Below are positions 23,852-35,374 of a DNA stretch of 64,000 nucleotides, one piece after another. Source of the DNA: Octopus sinensis (Eukaryota); assembly GCF_006345805.1 (NCBI RefSeq), contig NC_042999.1:171678001-171742000 (forward strand), in the 5' to 3' direction. The notes under the pieces were generated by a model. It ran no database searches. It was not told the DNA's origin and saw only the letters and a program-made list of their open reading frames with translations. Within the stretch, counting starts at the first letter, position 1. Each line of letters starts with the position of its first letter. Both the position numbers and the translations under genes were made by a program.

Positions 23852-24745
23852 GAGGAATAGTTCAAAGGGCAATGCAAAAATGCTAAAATGGATGCAAGGG
23901 CATATCTTGACGAAAAATGCCAAATAGAAAGAAAGGTTTCAACACTGTTATCGAAACCCTAAAACAACGTGAGAGAACAAAAACATTAAAGATGCAACGT
24001 TACACCGATCGTATATCGCAGTTCCAGCAATACAGGTGCTTCTGAAATAATCAGAAGCTGTTTTCGAAGGACTTAGGGGGAGGTACACAAGATAATATAT
24101 CTCCTGAAGCACAGGAAATCCCTCCAGTTTTGGTTTAATTTCTGGGGGGAAAGACGTTTCCCACAGCCACATTGCTGAGTGAACTCATTCCGCGAGATCT
24201 GAATTCCATCACACGGAGGCTCCACAAGAGGACCATGTGCGCATAACAACGGAAGATGTAATTGCACAAGTATCAAAACTACCAAAAGGGAAAGCGGCAG
24301 GACCAGACAGAATTCAAGGCTACTGGGCTTTAGTGGTTTAAGTCAACACACAAGTGAACTGCGTTGCAATTAGACAATTGCCTACAGAGTGCTGCAGTTC
24401 TGGAGAGGATAGTAGAGGAAAAGACAACATTGATGATGAAAGAGCGGTCAAATGGCAGTGAGGTTGGCAATTATCGACCCATTGGTTGTCTTAACCTCGT
24501 ATGGAAAGTTTAGCAGGCATCATCGCAGGGAACATATGTACGTTCCTTGCAGAGAAATGTCTACATCCAGTAGAACAAAAGGGATGATGAAAAGGGCCCA
24601 AGAGCACCAAGGACCACATTGTGATAGACAAGGTTTTAATGAAGAACTGCAAACGGTACCAACAAAACATGAACATGGCCAGGATAGACTTTAAAAAGGC
24701 TTACATGTTGCCGCATTCGTGGATTTTGAATAGCTGAGAACTGTT
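23850..24745 (+). mobile_element. Decayed R4/Dong-like RT N-terminal fragment
   Basis: ETLKQR..QRYTDR, KAAGPDRIQGYW, NYRPIGCL, PVEQKG, TKDHIVIDK, IDFKKAY..PHSWI across frameshifts. Confidence 0.8.
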
Positions 24746-24789
24746 GTGCACTGATTAAGAACATATGCTTAGTTAGGTCTTGCAGTAGT

Positions 24790-25110
24790 TGGTTGCTATC
24801 TCTCTAGAAGAGGAAATGGAGGCGGTCGAGGATGCGGAGGTCTCGTCAAAGAAGGGCCGCAAGAGGAAGAAGGTGAGAAACAATGGTTGCTCACCGAGGG
24901 ATACTAGGGCTGAGGGAGAGGAGGTAGGTCTCCCGGTTACGAGGAAACTCGACCTTCCTTAGCAAGAAAGGGAAAAAAAGATGAGGAAAAAGAAAAATGG
25001 GACATTGTCGGCAATCGGTAACACAATACCGGTATGTCCCGGAAGGTCGTCGGTGGGAATTGTACTACCGACGGGTGAAGAGCTAAGGAAAAATTAGACA
25101 AAATTTTAGG
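24790..25110 (+). mobile_element. Possible L1/Tx1-like ORF1 remnant
   Basis: GC-richer, Lys/Glu-rich decayed frame (EEEMEAVEDAEVSSKKGRKRKK); weak resemblance only. Confidence 0.3.
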
Positions 25111-26929
25111 TATTTAATGAAAAGACAGGGCAAAAATCTCAAATCAGTGTCAGCAAAAACAAAAAATGCACCAAAAGAAAACGAACTAAAAGAATAGTCA
25201 CTTCAGGTACAACAAAAGAATAGTCTACCAATTTCTGAACTATTAAGAGGAATATCAGAGGATTTTTTTCTGCTTTCAAAGTTATATACAATATTTCTCT
25301 CTCATTTGCAGGGGTACACAGAAGTTGGAATTATAAAACCGGTCACTCACTCACGGGTAATATAGTGTTTGGACAAAGACAATTAAACATATGCGGCTTC
25401 TAAAATTAACGATAGCTGTATTGAAAACACTGGTCGTAACATTTCTTGAATATTTAACCTTTGTGGTGAGAAAACACTCAGATGTATTCATAACCGAAAT
25501 TCAGATAATTTTCGAGTAATCATTATTACTCAAATGCTTCCATAGGTTTACATTACTAACAAAAACACCAGTATCATCGCACACAAAAACCGGGGTGTGT
25601 AAAATTTCAACATTCGAAAATTTATTGTTTGAATATATCCTTTGAAATTGGAATTATTTCTGCTATATATAATTTTTAGCTTTTGATCTTGGTAAAAATC
25701 AATCAATATCGTTATCATTTATTTTTAATGATGTAAACAAATATATTTTTGCTAAAAATAATCCATTGATTCCACACTAATTAAATAAGTTAAGTCGTTA
25801 TTAGAGTGGAGCACATAATATGACATAGTTGCTATAACTCTCACAGGAATTGTTTACTTCATTCTAAAACCATTCTTACATAGCTAAATGAAATCACAAC
25901 ATTAGCATATTACTGACTGATTTGCCTGAATTCTTCGGTTATATGAAAATGTCTGAGAATATATTATTTTAAAAATAAAGTGAATAACTGCAAATATTGT
26001 TATCACATATTAAGCACATATCCGATTTAATCTTTTTATAACAATAAGAAACAGATTCACATCAAGGCGCATTTTTTTGAGCGAGAAGATTGTGTCATAA
26101 GCAAAATGTCAAAACAAGAATGAAATACAGGTTGTTGAATTAAACAGCTGTAACAGAATCTCAGAGGAGCATGATACAATGACACCTATCTGAACAAAAT
26201 ACATACGTAGTTGTGATTTAATTACTTATTCACTTGAATGATTATCCCTCTCCTATGCATTATATAAACAGTTAATTCACGATTTCAGTTACTCTTACCA
26301 CAATACATTACCATTGTTATATTCATGAACAGTTTTGTATTAACATATTTAGATCTTTGTAACGTAAACTTATATTTAGCTTTAAGCAGTTTCAAATTTT
26401 GCTATTTTCAAAGTAGTGTCTAGAAATATATTTAGCTCTTTATAAAATACACCTATGTTTAGCATGTTGATAAAGCTTCAATCAGTTTGAATTTTAGGTT
26501 ATTTTTCGAAGTGATGCTAGTAGAATTGAGATGAGTTAAGGCTTCTTGGAATCCCATCGTTACTATAATATGGCGAGGAAAAATGTCAGTGAATTATGAA
26601 TCATGAAATATTTTAGTCCCCCAAGTGTAAATTATTTTAAACAAATGTAATAAAATTGGTATAAATTTTACTCTTCTAAAATAAATTATATCATGACTGT
26701 GAATACAAAGTGCGTTCTTCAGCAAAGTAAGCAGTGAGAAATATTATTTCTGTCTACGGAAAGCTTTAAGTATATATATAAGCCAAAGATTGTTTGATCC
26801 ATTTCTCTCAGGGAATGCTATCTCGATCTGGACGGCAAAGATTTGTCACTTTTGTGTTTGCTTTATAATTTCCTCTTCTATGGCTTTAAAGGCACAGAAA
26901 AGGAAATTATAAAGCAAACACGGGAGAAT

Positions 26930-27625
26930 TAAAAAAAAAACAACAGGTCAAGTCAAGTCACACATCGGACAGAAAACACCTTCATGAATTAGGACAGTTT
27001 TCTAAATATGGTCAGTGTCTTCCTCATTACCTCACTATTATACATCTTAATCAAAGAGTCGCTCTCCGTTTGTCTTTGAAGAATAGACTTGCTACTGATT
27101 TTCTTACTCAGCAAAATCATCGCAAGTGATGGAAACTGGGTTCTCTATAAGCACATCGAATGAAAACGACAAAACATTAATGGTTAGTGTCCAACAATAA
27201 ATGGTAATCTACAAGCCAGAACTACACCCTAAAAAAATGTTCTGTTTTTGGTAGGATATGATGTGTTCGTGTACCAGGAGTTGTTAAACTAAAACAAAAC
27301 AGTTAATGCGGAGAAGTATTATTCGTCACTGCGAAATATTACACTAAAACTTTCAGAACAAGCGCTGATAAGGGGTCACTCATAAAAGGGTATGCAAACT
27401 ACATATTGCCTAAGATATTCACGAAAAAGTATGACAGTAAATATAGAAGTTACACCTTACGCTTATTACTGTTCTGATATTGCTACATCTGCAAACCATC
27501 TTTTCATATAATTAAAACATTATTTAGAGAGAAAATAGCTTTTTAATTATGAAGAGTTTATAATGATATTGAATGATTCGTTCATTCGTAACTAGAAGAA
27601 TTTTATCAATAATAAGAGAAAGTAT
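26930..27625 (+). mobile_element. Decayed mariner transposase fragment
   Basis: KHLHELG..LPH, KIIASDGNWVLY, KPELHPKK, TVNAEKYY, SDIATSANHLF (degenerate SPDLAPSDYHLF). Confidence 0.75.
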
Positions 27626-27910
27626 TACCTCAAATCCACTCACAAGGCTTTGGTCGGCCCGAGGCTATAGTAGAAGACACTTGCCCAATGTGCCATGCAG
27701 TAGGACTGAACCTAGAAACATGTGGTTGGTAAGCAAGCTACTTACTACACATTTATTTATTCTTTCTAAAAACTTTCGTTGCGTTGCAGCATTTTGGAAA
27801 GCCGGATACATAAACACACCTGCTTTTGTTGTCAGGAGATTTGGGGGTGGGGTGGGCAAACACAGACAGACAAACATATACACACATATACATATATATA
27901 TATATATATA
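27626..27910 (-). mobile_element. SINE family B pieces interrupting the mariner remnant
   Basis: 27626-27752 is the reverse complement of the SINE head; 27790-27910 matches the internal tgtgtttg..gtgtgttta part. Confidence 0.8.
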
Positions 27911-30900
27911 TATGTTCAGCAAAACAATTTAGATTCAAATGAATAAGATACTTAATTTAGATGCGCCAGAATTTTTTATGGTATTACCCATAAAATTATG
28001 TGGGGTGATTATAACCAAAAAATAAGCAACAAGAATGGATCCGGTAATTTAGTACAATTGTTTCATACTATAACATATTATATTTGTTGTAATATTTGCA
28101 GCTTTAATAAATTGTTATAGTATGAAACAATTGTACTAAATTACCGGATCCATTATTGTTGCTTATTTTTTGGTTTATATATATATGAATAGGAATAGAG
28201 TCATGAATTGCAATTAATTATTCGCACGAAGAAAGCATGGAATTGCCTATGTGAATTATTACTTAAAAGCAATAATGCACACATTATCATGTATATTCGC
28301 CAAATGCATGATTTATGATACACAAACTAAGTTCAGCTTATTCTGTTATAATTAATATTGGACCAGTTAAACGCCTACATCGAAGAATTGGAATCTGCAG
28401 CTCTATAGAACTTGTTTTTTTTGTGCTTTCTGGAAGGATTAAATGGAAAAATTCTCGTGGAAGAATATGTCAAGAAACGAATGGGACATTCAAGCACAGA
28501 AAATCTGATAAGATTGATGAGTTTGTAACAACTGCTCCATTTAATTACGGAAGGATTTAACTCATTACTAATTATTCGATCAAAATCTTTACTGCAAAAT
28601 ATTACAGTAATCTCTTTGGAATCATTCTCGACACAAGTTTAGCAGAATCTTCCTCCTCTTCCTCCACTTCCTCCTGCTATTACTTATCCAACCTCTTGTA
28701 TAAGGGACAGGAAGGCACATGGTTACAGCCTCTCCCGTACCTTACTTTCTTCTTCTGATTTAACCTACTCATTTTCAATTTACTTCATGGCTAAAGCACT
28801 GCACTGAAAGGACAGTTGCATGTAACCACTTCATTCACTAATCTTCTATGTATAGATAAGTTGGGGCCTGAAACTGTTAACTTACGCACCCCAGAGGATT
28901 CCATACCGAAGATAACATGTATGAAGTTAGGTCTGCTAACTCCGCGTATGCAAAACCCTCTACACAACATCTCTTTTATACACGTCACACATTAATATTT
29001 AAGGAGAAATCCCAAATATATTTTGAATCATTCACACAAAAGATTTCTAGATCTTAATCTATGACATATTGTACTTACATTGACTTTCCTATTGGACATT
29101 ACATTTTCTCAAAATCTCTCGTATGCATCCATCATACATGTTATGAGAAAATTACTGAGGGACCAAGCACTCCATTATGCTGAACAATAATTTGATAACG
29201 AAGAGTGTTTCTACGGAATCTTACTCCCTGCTCCCATTTATTACAATCTGATGCGTATGTATGAACAAAACGTATCGATACCTGCTGACCAGGTTTGCTA
29301 TCATATGCGAAACATATCTTCCTCCCTAAGAATATACTAATGGTAAAACTTCAGTAAATATTCGTTATTCCTAAGTACTGATGAACAATAGTATTTCGGG
29401 AACTGTCTGCGCAATTATGCTTCTTATACGACTATCATTAAAAGATCGTGCTCTAATCTATTTCAGTTGGTTTACATTAATTAATTTTATCTTCACTGTT
29501 ATCTTTGACGCATATATCCAACAATTTAGTATGACACAATGTATTTTCTGAGACGTGGCATTCAACAATGACTATCTTATAGGATGCAAATTTTATATGC
29601 ATAAACACAAATTTATACAGATTTCAAAGAACTAATGATGCAATCTTAAATATCCGCGAAGTTCTTCAGCGTGATGCAATACATTACGTTTCAACATACG
29701 TGAAGGTAATTTCTCCTAGTTCATACTAACAAAATGCGATTGTGTGTTTTCTACGCTCTAATATAAAAATTATATTCCGTTTAGCATATTATTAGATGTT
29801 ATATGTTTTAATCAAAATGGCTGTTAACTTGTGCATGATTTGAACATCGTGCTTCATTGAAAGTATCACTTTAGAAAGATTTCACTTTGCCTGACGTAAT
29901 TAAATTACACAAATATATCTTCATAGACATTAATGCGAAACCAACAACACTATGTGAGTATATGGTCTTGCAGAGAGAAGCAAAGACGCAGAAAAATGTA
30001 AAAGGGTAAGTATTTGTGCATGCGTATGTGTTTGTGTATGTGCATACATATAAAATATATGGAAATGAAAACTGCTGAGTTACAGGGTTATTAGTAGAGA
30101 TATCATCATTGCACACTGCTGCCTTTATCGAGAAGAATATTATTGTGGCGATCACAATAACTACAAAGCTATTTTCTGTAAAACCAGTCTCCTATTTCAA
30201 ATATTATATAGCTGCTGGGCTTACTCATTTTAAATCTATTTTCAGATTTCAAATAGCTTCTAAGCCGTTGAAGGCAATTTATTACTGTACCTTTTCAAAA
30301 ACTGTCTTCCTATCTTTCTTTCTTTTTTCGTTCAGATATAAATTATAAATCCATTCTTCGGGTTTTAAGTAGCTACTAAGCTAGTTTATGTCAATTTAAT
30401 ACCATATCCTTTCAAATTCTTTCTCATAGTATTTTCATTTTATTCTTTAGATAGAAAATTTATTGTATGCCTGTATTATTTCATGTAGAATATTTTAATG
30501 TAAAGACGTTACACATTTTCTAAACATTCACCACCGGGATTATATTAGAAAAATTAATTATCATTCCGCACTATAGCATATGTCCAAAAGTAACTGCAAT
30601 CGCATTGGCTTTATGTTATACGATGGTATTGAAATTATTGAAATTTAAATGACGGGCGAGCTCCATATGATTTATTTACTGGATTTATCTTTTCTTTCGT
30701 TTAAAATATGTGAAGTGCTCACCACCTTTATTTTTATCTGGAGATTTAAAATACTGTCTACTATCCTCCCTCTCTCTCTCCCCCTCTGTCTCTCTCATTC
30801 TTAAATAGTTCCTTACTTCGAACATCCGTGGCAGCAGAGGATTTCTGAATGCGATTAATAAAGTGAAGAGTGATTTTTTTTTAACTGCATCAAAAAAGAA

Positions 30901-31199
30901 CATATTGTGAGTGCACATATAATTCTGCATTAGAGTATCAATGATGAAGAAGCTGACAAATACATGAAAATCAGAGGATCGTATACATTTATTTCTACCT
31001 GAAACTGCATTATTATATAATTTCAGATAAGAAAATGGTAATAATAACAATGAAAAATAGTTAAAATTCTATTGAAAATAGCAATTTAGAAACGTTGTGG
31101 TACAGAAAACATTAAGTTTGGAATGAAGTATTAAATGTAAGAGATACGAATTAATCTAACTTTATTTGAATGCGGAAATCAATTTATATAATTCTCTTG

Positions 31200-31590
31200 T
31201 ATAAGGCAGCAAAGTGGCAGAACAAAATGCTTTGTGGTATTTCGTCCCCTTCATATTTTGAGTTCAAATTCTGCCGACTTTCCATCTCATTCTTTCGGAG
31301 CTGATAAAGTAAGTACTAGTTGAAGAATGGAGTCACTGTAATTGACTTGCTTCTTTTCTGTAATTGCTGGTCTTGTTCCAAATTTAATACCCAATTTTTT
31401 TTCTCTATTACTAAAGGTAACGGTCTGAAAGAATCGTTTACTCGTTGACCAAAAATTCTTAGCACCATTCAGTCCGTCTTTACATATTGAGTTCAAATTC
31501 AACCGCGGCCCACTTTGCTTTTTATCTTTTCGAAGACGATAACATAAGTACTAGTTGAGGGCTGAGGTCGACATAATTGACTTCTCTACT
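31200..31590 (+). mobile_element. Two degenerate SINE family A copies in tandem
   Basis: tgagttcaaattc..gataa..aagtactagttga occurs twice. Confidence 0.65.
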
Positions 31591-31886
31591 TTCAAATATT
31601 GTTGATATTTTGCGAAAATTTAGTGTTTATTGCTGGCGATATATTGAGACAAGTTGCATCTTCATAGAGATGTCATATTTTGAATTATAACTACTGAAAT
31701 TTATCTCGCCATACAAGTTATTTTGTCAACGATTATATCATATGTTGTCGTAACCAAGCAATATTAAAGACTAAATTCGAGATTCTTGGAAAATAACTTC
31801 GCTGAGAACGGTAAATGATATCAGTTGGGAAACAACTTCCTGTTGCATTTCAGTGGGGGAACGAAACAATTTCTTATGTTTTACTT

Positions 31887-32160
31887 TAGACGGAAGCTAA
31901 AAGAAGCCCGTCGTATATATGTGTGTATATATATGTATGTGTGTCTATATGTTTGTGTGTCTGTGTTTGTCCCACCAACATCGCTTGACAACTGATGGTG
32001 GTGTGCTTAGGTCCCCGTAACTTAGCTGTTCGGCCAAAGACCGATAGAATAAGTACTAGGCTTAGAAAAAATAAGTCCTGGCGTCGATTTGCTCAACTAA
32101 AGGCGGTGCTCTAGCATGACCGCAGTCAAATGACTGAAAAAAGTAAAAGAGTAAAGAGTA
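31887..32160 (+). mobile_element. SINE family B, 5'-truncated
   Basis: aagaagcccgtcg..aaggcggtgctctagcatgaccgcagtc..(aagagta)n tail. Confidence 0.88.
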
Positions 32161-32239
32161 AGTAAATGAGTGGTAACTGAACTGGTGAATGTGTTAAATA
32201 AGGCACTAAAAGAGAATGACTCTCCCCAGACACAACAAG

Positions 32240-32271
<32 letters not shown>

Positions 32272-32317
32272 TATATATACAGAGAGAGAGAGAGAGAGAG
32301 AGTGTGTGTGTGTGTGT

Positions 32318-32349
<32 letters not shown>

Positions 32350-32776
32350 GACATACAGACAGAGTCAGAGAGCGTCCACAGAGGGAGCACTGCAGATTTG
32401 GATTTTCGATGCGATTTGGAAAATGTGTCCGGTGATTGCAGGATATAATTCCTTTATTGCTTTGTTTCTTCAACTCAAATTGTTTTCATGAATCATGACA
32501 TACATTACACCATGCATATTCATCTCGGTTATAACTTCCACAAGATGTCAAATTACGCTGTAGAGACTTTAGTGATTACTTCAAATTATCCTTATAATTA
32601 AGGAGACGTGTATTGCTTCATCGGGCTAACCCTCCATCTATTGACCATACCAACATTTTCGGAATATGGTCATCTATCTATCAATAAATCTCTTTCTCTC
32701 TCTCTTTCTGACAGCCTGTCTCTCTTTCTATTTCTCTGTCTAGCAGTCTGTCTGTCTATCTTGCTCTATATTTCAC

Positions 32777-32858
<82 letters not shown>

Positions 32859-33276
32859 CATATATACATATATATTTGTATATGTATATATATATATTGA
32901 TAAAAATTGTAGGACAAGAAACGAAAGAAAGAGACTTCAATATTATATAAATAGATGAATTTTTCCGATGGCCGGATAACTGAGGAGATGGCGGCGTCGA
33001 TTTCCACCTCGGCATCCAAAACTCGGTTTTTTTTTATCATGGCTACCGAATAATTGTCACATATTACATTTACATATATATATATATATAATCATAAATA
33101 AAGCTAAATACACTATGATAAAATTCATTTTAACATTAGATATACTTTTTTAACAACAAATGTTTCGCAGCCCTTTCTTTTGTATCGCATCATACATTTT
33201 ATGTATCTGGTAGAATGATATATTAAGGAGACTTTTATGAGTATCACCGAATTAGCTGCACCCGTCAATTATTACT

Positions 33277-33312
<36 letters not shown>

Positions 33313-33319
33313 TATATGT

Positions 33320-33343
33320 ATATACATTATATAAAATTCGTTC

Positions 33344-33393
<50 letters not shown>

Positions 33394-33725
33394 CCTTCTC
33401 GTATCTGAGGCATCCTCCAACCGATTGCGCTCAAATTTGATATGTAGATACCGACGGTATGAGAGCGTGTATAAATCTTGAAAAAATTACAAAAACCGAT
33501 TCCAGGTGAGAATGCGATCGATAAGGCCGTGGGGTATCGTTTTTCTTTGGAATAGAAAAAATATCTATCTTTATTTCTTCTTTTGCTGGTGTCTCAAATT
33601 TAGGTCAAATCAGTGTTTCTCAAAGGGGAGGCCGCCTATGGGACGGTGCGACAAGTTTTTTTGAGAAAATTTCGTTTAATGTTTGACAACTCAACACCGG
33701 CCATTGGACGGGGGGCGTTTTCCTC

Positions 33726-33730
<5 letters not shown>
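33320..33730 (+). mobile_element. Putative Helitron-like non-autonomous element with internal (GT)n/(GA)n
   Basis: ccaaccgattgcgctcaaatttg motif after the microsatellite; GC-rich 3' end ..cctcgt, in (TA)n. Confidence 0.4.
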
Positions 33731-33771
<41 letters not shown>

Positions 33772-33774
33772 TCT

Positions 33775-34688
33775 TAAATAGTCATAGACCATTTTAAGTT
33801 CAACATCACAATCAAGGAACGGCCATAATAGGCCATTCACCCACTAGAAATAACAGCCAAAGCTTCAAACGCAAATAAACATCAATTCCGTAAACCAGGA
33901 GAAAACTTTAGGTCAGATATTGCCGAGGCAGGGTCGGAAATGCCTCGTGAAAATATCTGTTCCGTCTTGGCTATTTCTTACTGATGATTCTAAGGGCCTA
34001 TGGAAGATTGGCTTGATTTAATTTAATCAGGTTAGTTTACCATTAAACAGTAGATGAAACGGTGCATCGTATAAGAAATTACAGGGTAATGTTTTTTTAA
34101 TTTTCTCCTGGTTTACGGAATTGATGTTTATTTGCGGTTGAAGCTTTGGCTGTTATTTCTAGTGGGTGAATGGCCTATTATGGCCGTTCCTTGATTGTGA
34201 TGTTGAACTTAAAAAATGGTCTATGACTATTTAATTTTTTCCCACTAGGCCGCTGGTGGCAAAAAAATTCTACAAAATTTTTTGCCACCCTATATTGATT
34301 AATTATGAATTTTCTGGTTAGTTCCGTAATGGAATCGGCGGCTTATATTTATTTGCTGCCGATAAATTTGGCGCGAGTGCGATGATTTGAAATTTTAGGT
34401 CAGATATTGCCGAGGCAGGGTCGGAAATGCTCGTGAAAATATCTGTTCCGTCTTGGCTATTTCTTACTGATGATTCTAAGGGCCTATGGAAGATTGGCTT
34501 GATTTAATTTAATCAGGTTAGTTTACCATTAAACAGTAGATGAAACGGTGCATCGTATAAGAAATTACAGGGTAAATGTTTTTTTAATTTTCTCCTGGTT
34601 TACGGAATTGATGTTTATTTGCGGTTGAAGCTTTGGCTGTTATTTCTAGTGGGTGAATGGCCTATTATGGCCGTTCCTTGATTGTGAT
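33775..34688. repeat. Foldback (130-bp inverted arms) plus 295-bp direct duplication
   Basis: 33775-33905 is the reverse complement of 34101-34233; 33907-34201 is near-identical to 34394-34688. Confidence 0.9.
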
Positions 34689-35300
34689 ATATATATATAT
34701 ATAATATACAGAGAGTGAGAGAGAAAGAAAGGGAGATGCATATATGTATATATACTAACTAGGATTCAGATATAGGTATATGTGTGTCTATATGAAAGTA
34801 TATACTGATTCTCAAGAAATATTTCATCCAGGGCTAACTCGTTTCGTTCATGCGAAAACGATACGTAAATGAAATTTGTTTTATTGTCATCTGAGGAAAT
34901 TATTACTTGATTTCGTAAACATATATTTGTGGGTGATATTATATGTGTGCGTGTGAGTGTTGGTCTATGTATACAGACATGTATTCATACTCACATGCAT
35001 ATATACGCAATGAGGTACATAACCACATAAATAAATAGATATATAGCGTAAGTTTTTATAATGTTGAGGTTTTAGATGGTGCTTGTGTAATTATGAACGA
35101 AAGTGTAGCTAACATTCATGCAAGTAATAATGGTCCTGTATCAAATGGAATAGATGACAACCCGGAACACATAGAGAGACGTTTTACTGATGAGGTCCAT
35201 TATATTAAACAATATAGTGCCGTAACCATAACTGCAAGTGAATTCAATAAAACATAGTTCGATAAACATTTCCGTTGTTATGCAACACTTCAATGATCGC

Positions 35301-35374
<74 letters not shown>

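Noticed and set aside
28875-28970. Minus-strand segment ending in a GTAAGT donor with two open frames
   Set aside because: Poor acceptor, no recognisable protein, no supporting neighbouring exons
33983-34015. CTGATGA inside the foldback block
   Set aside because: No GAAA after the short stem and no helix I/III; not an HHR
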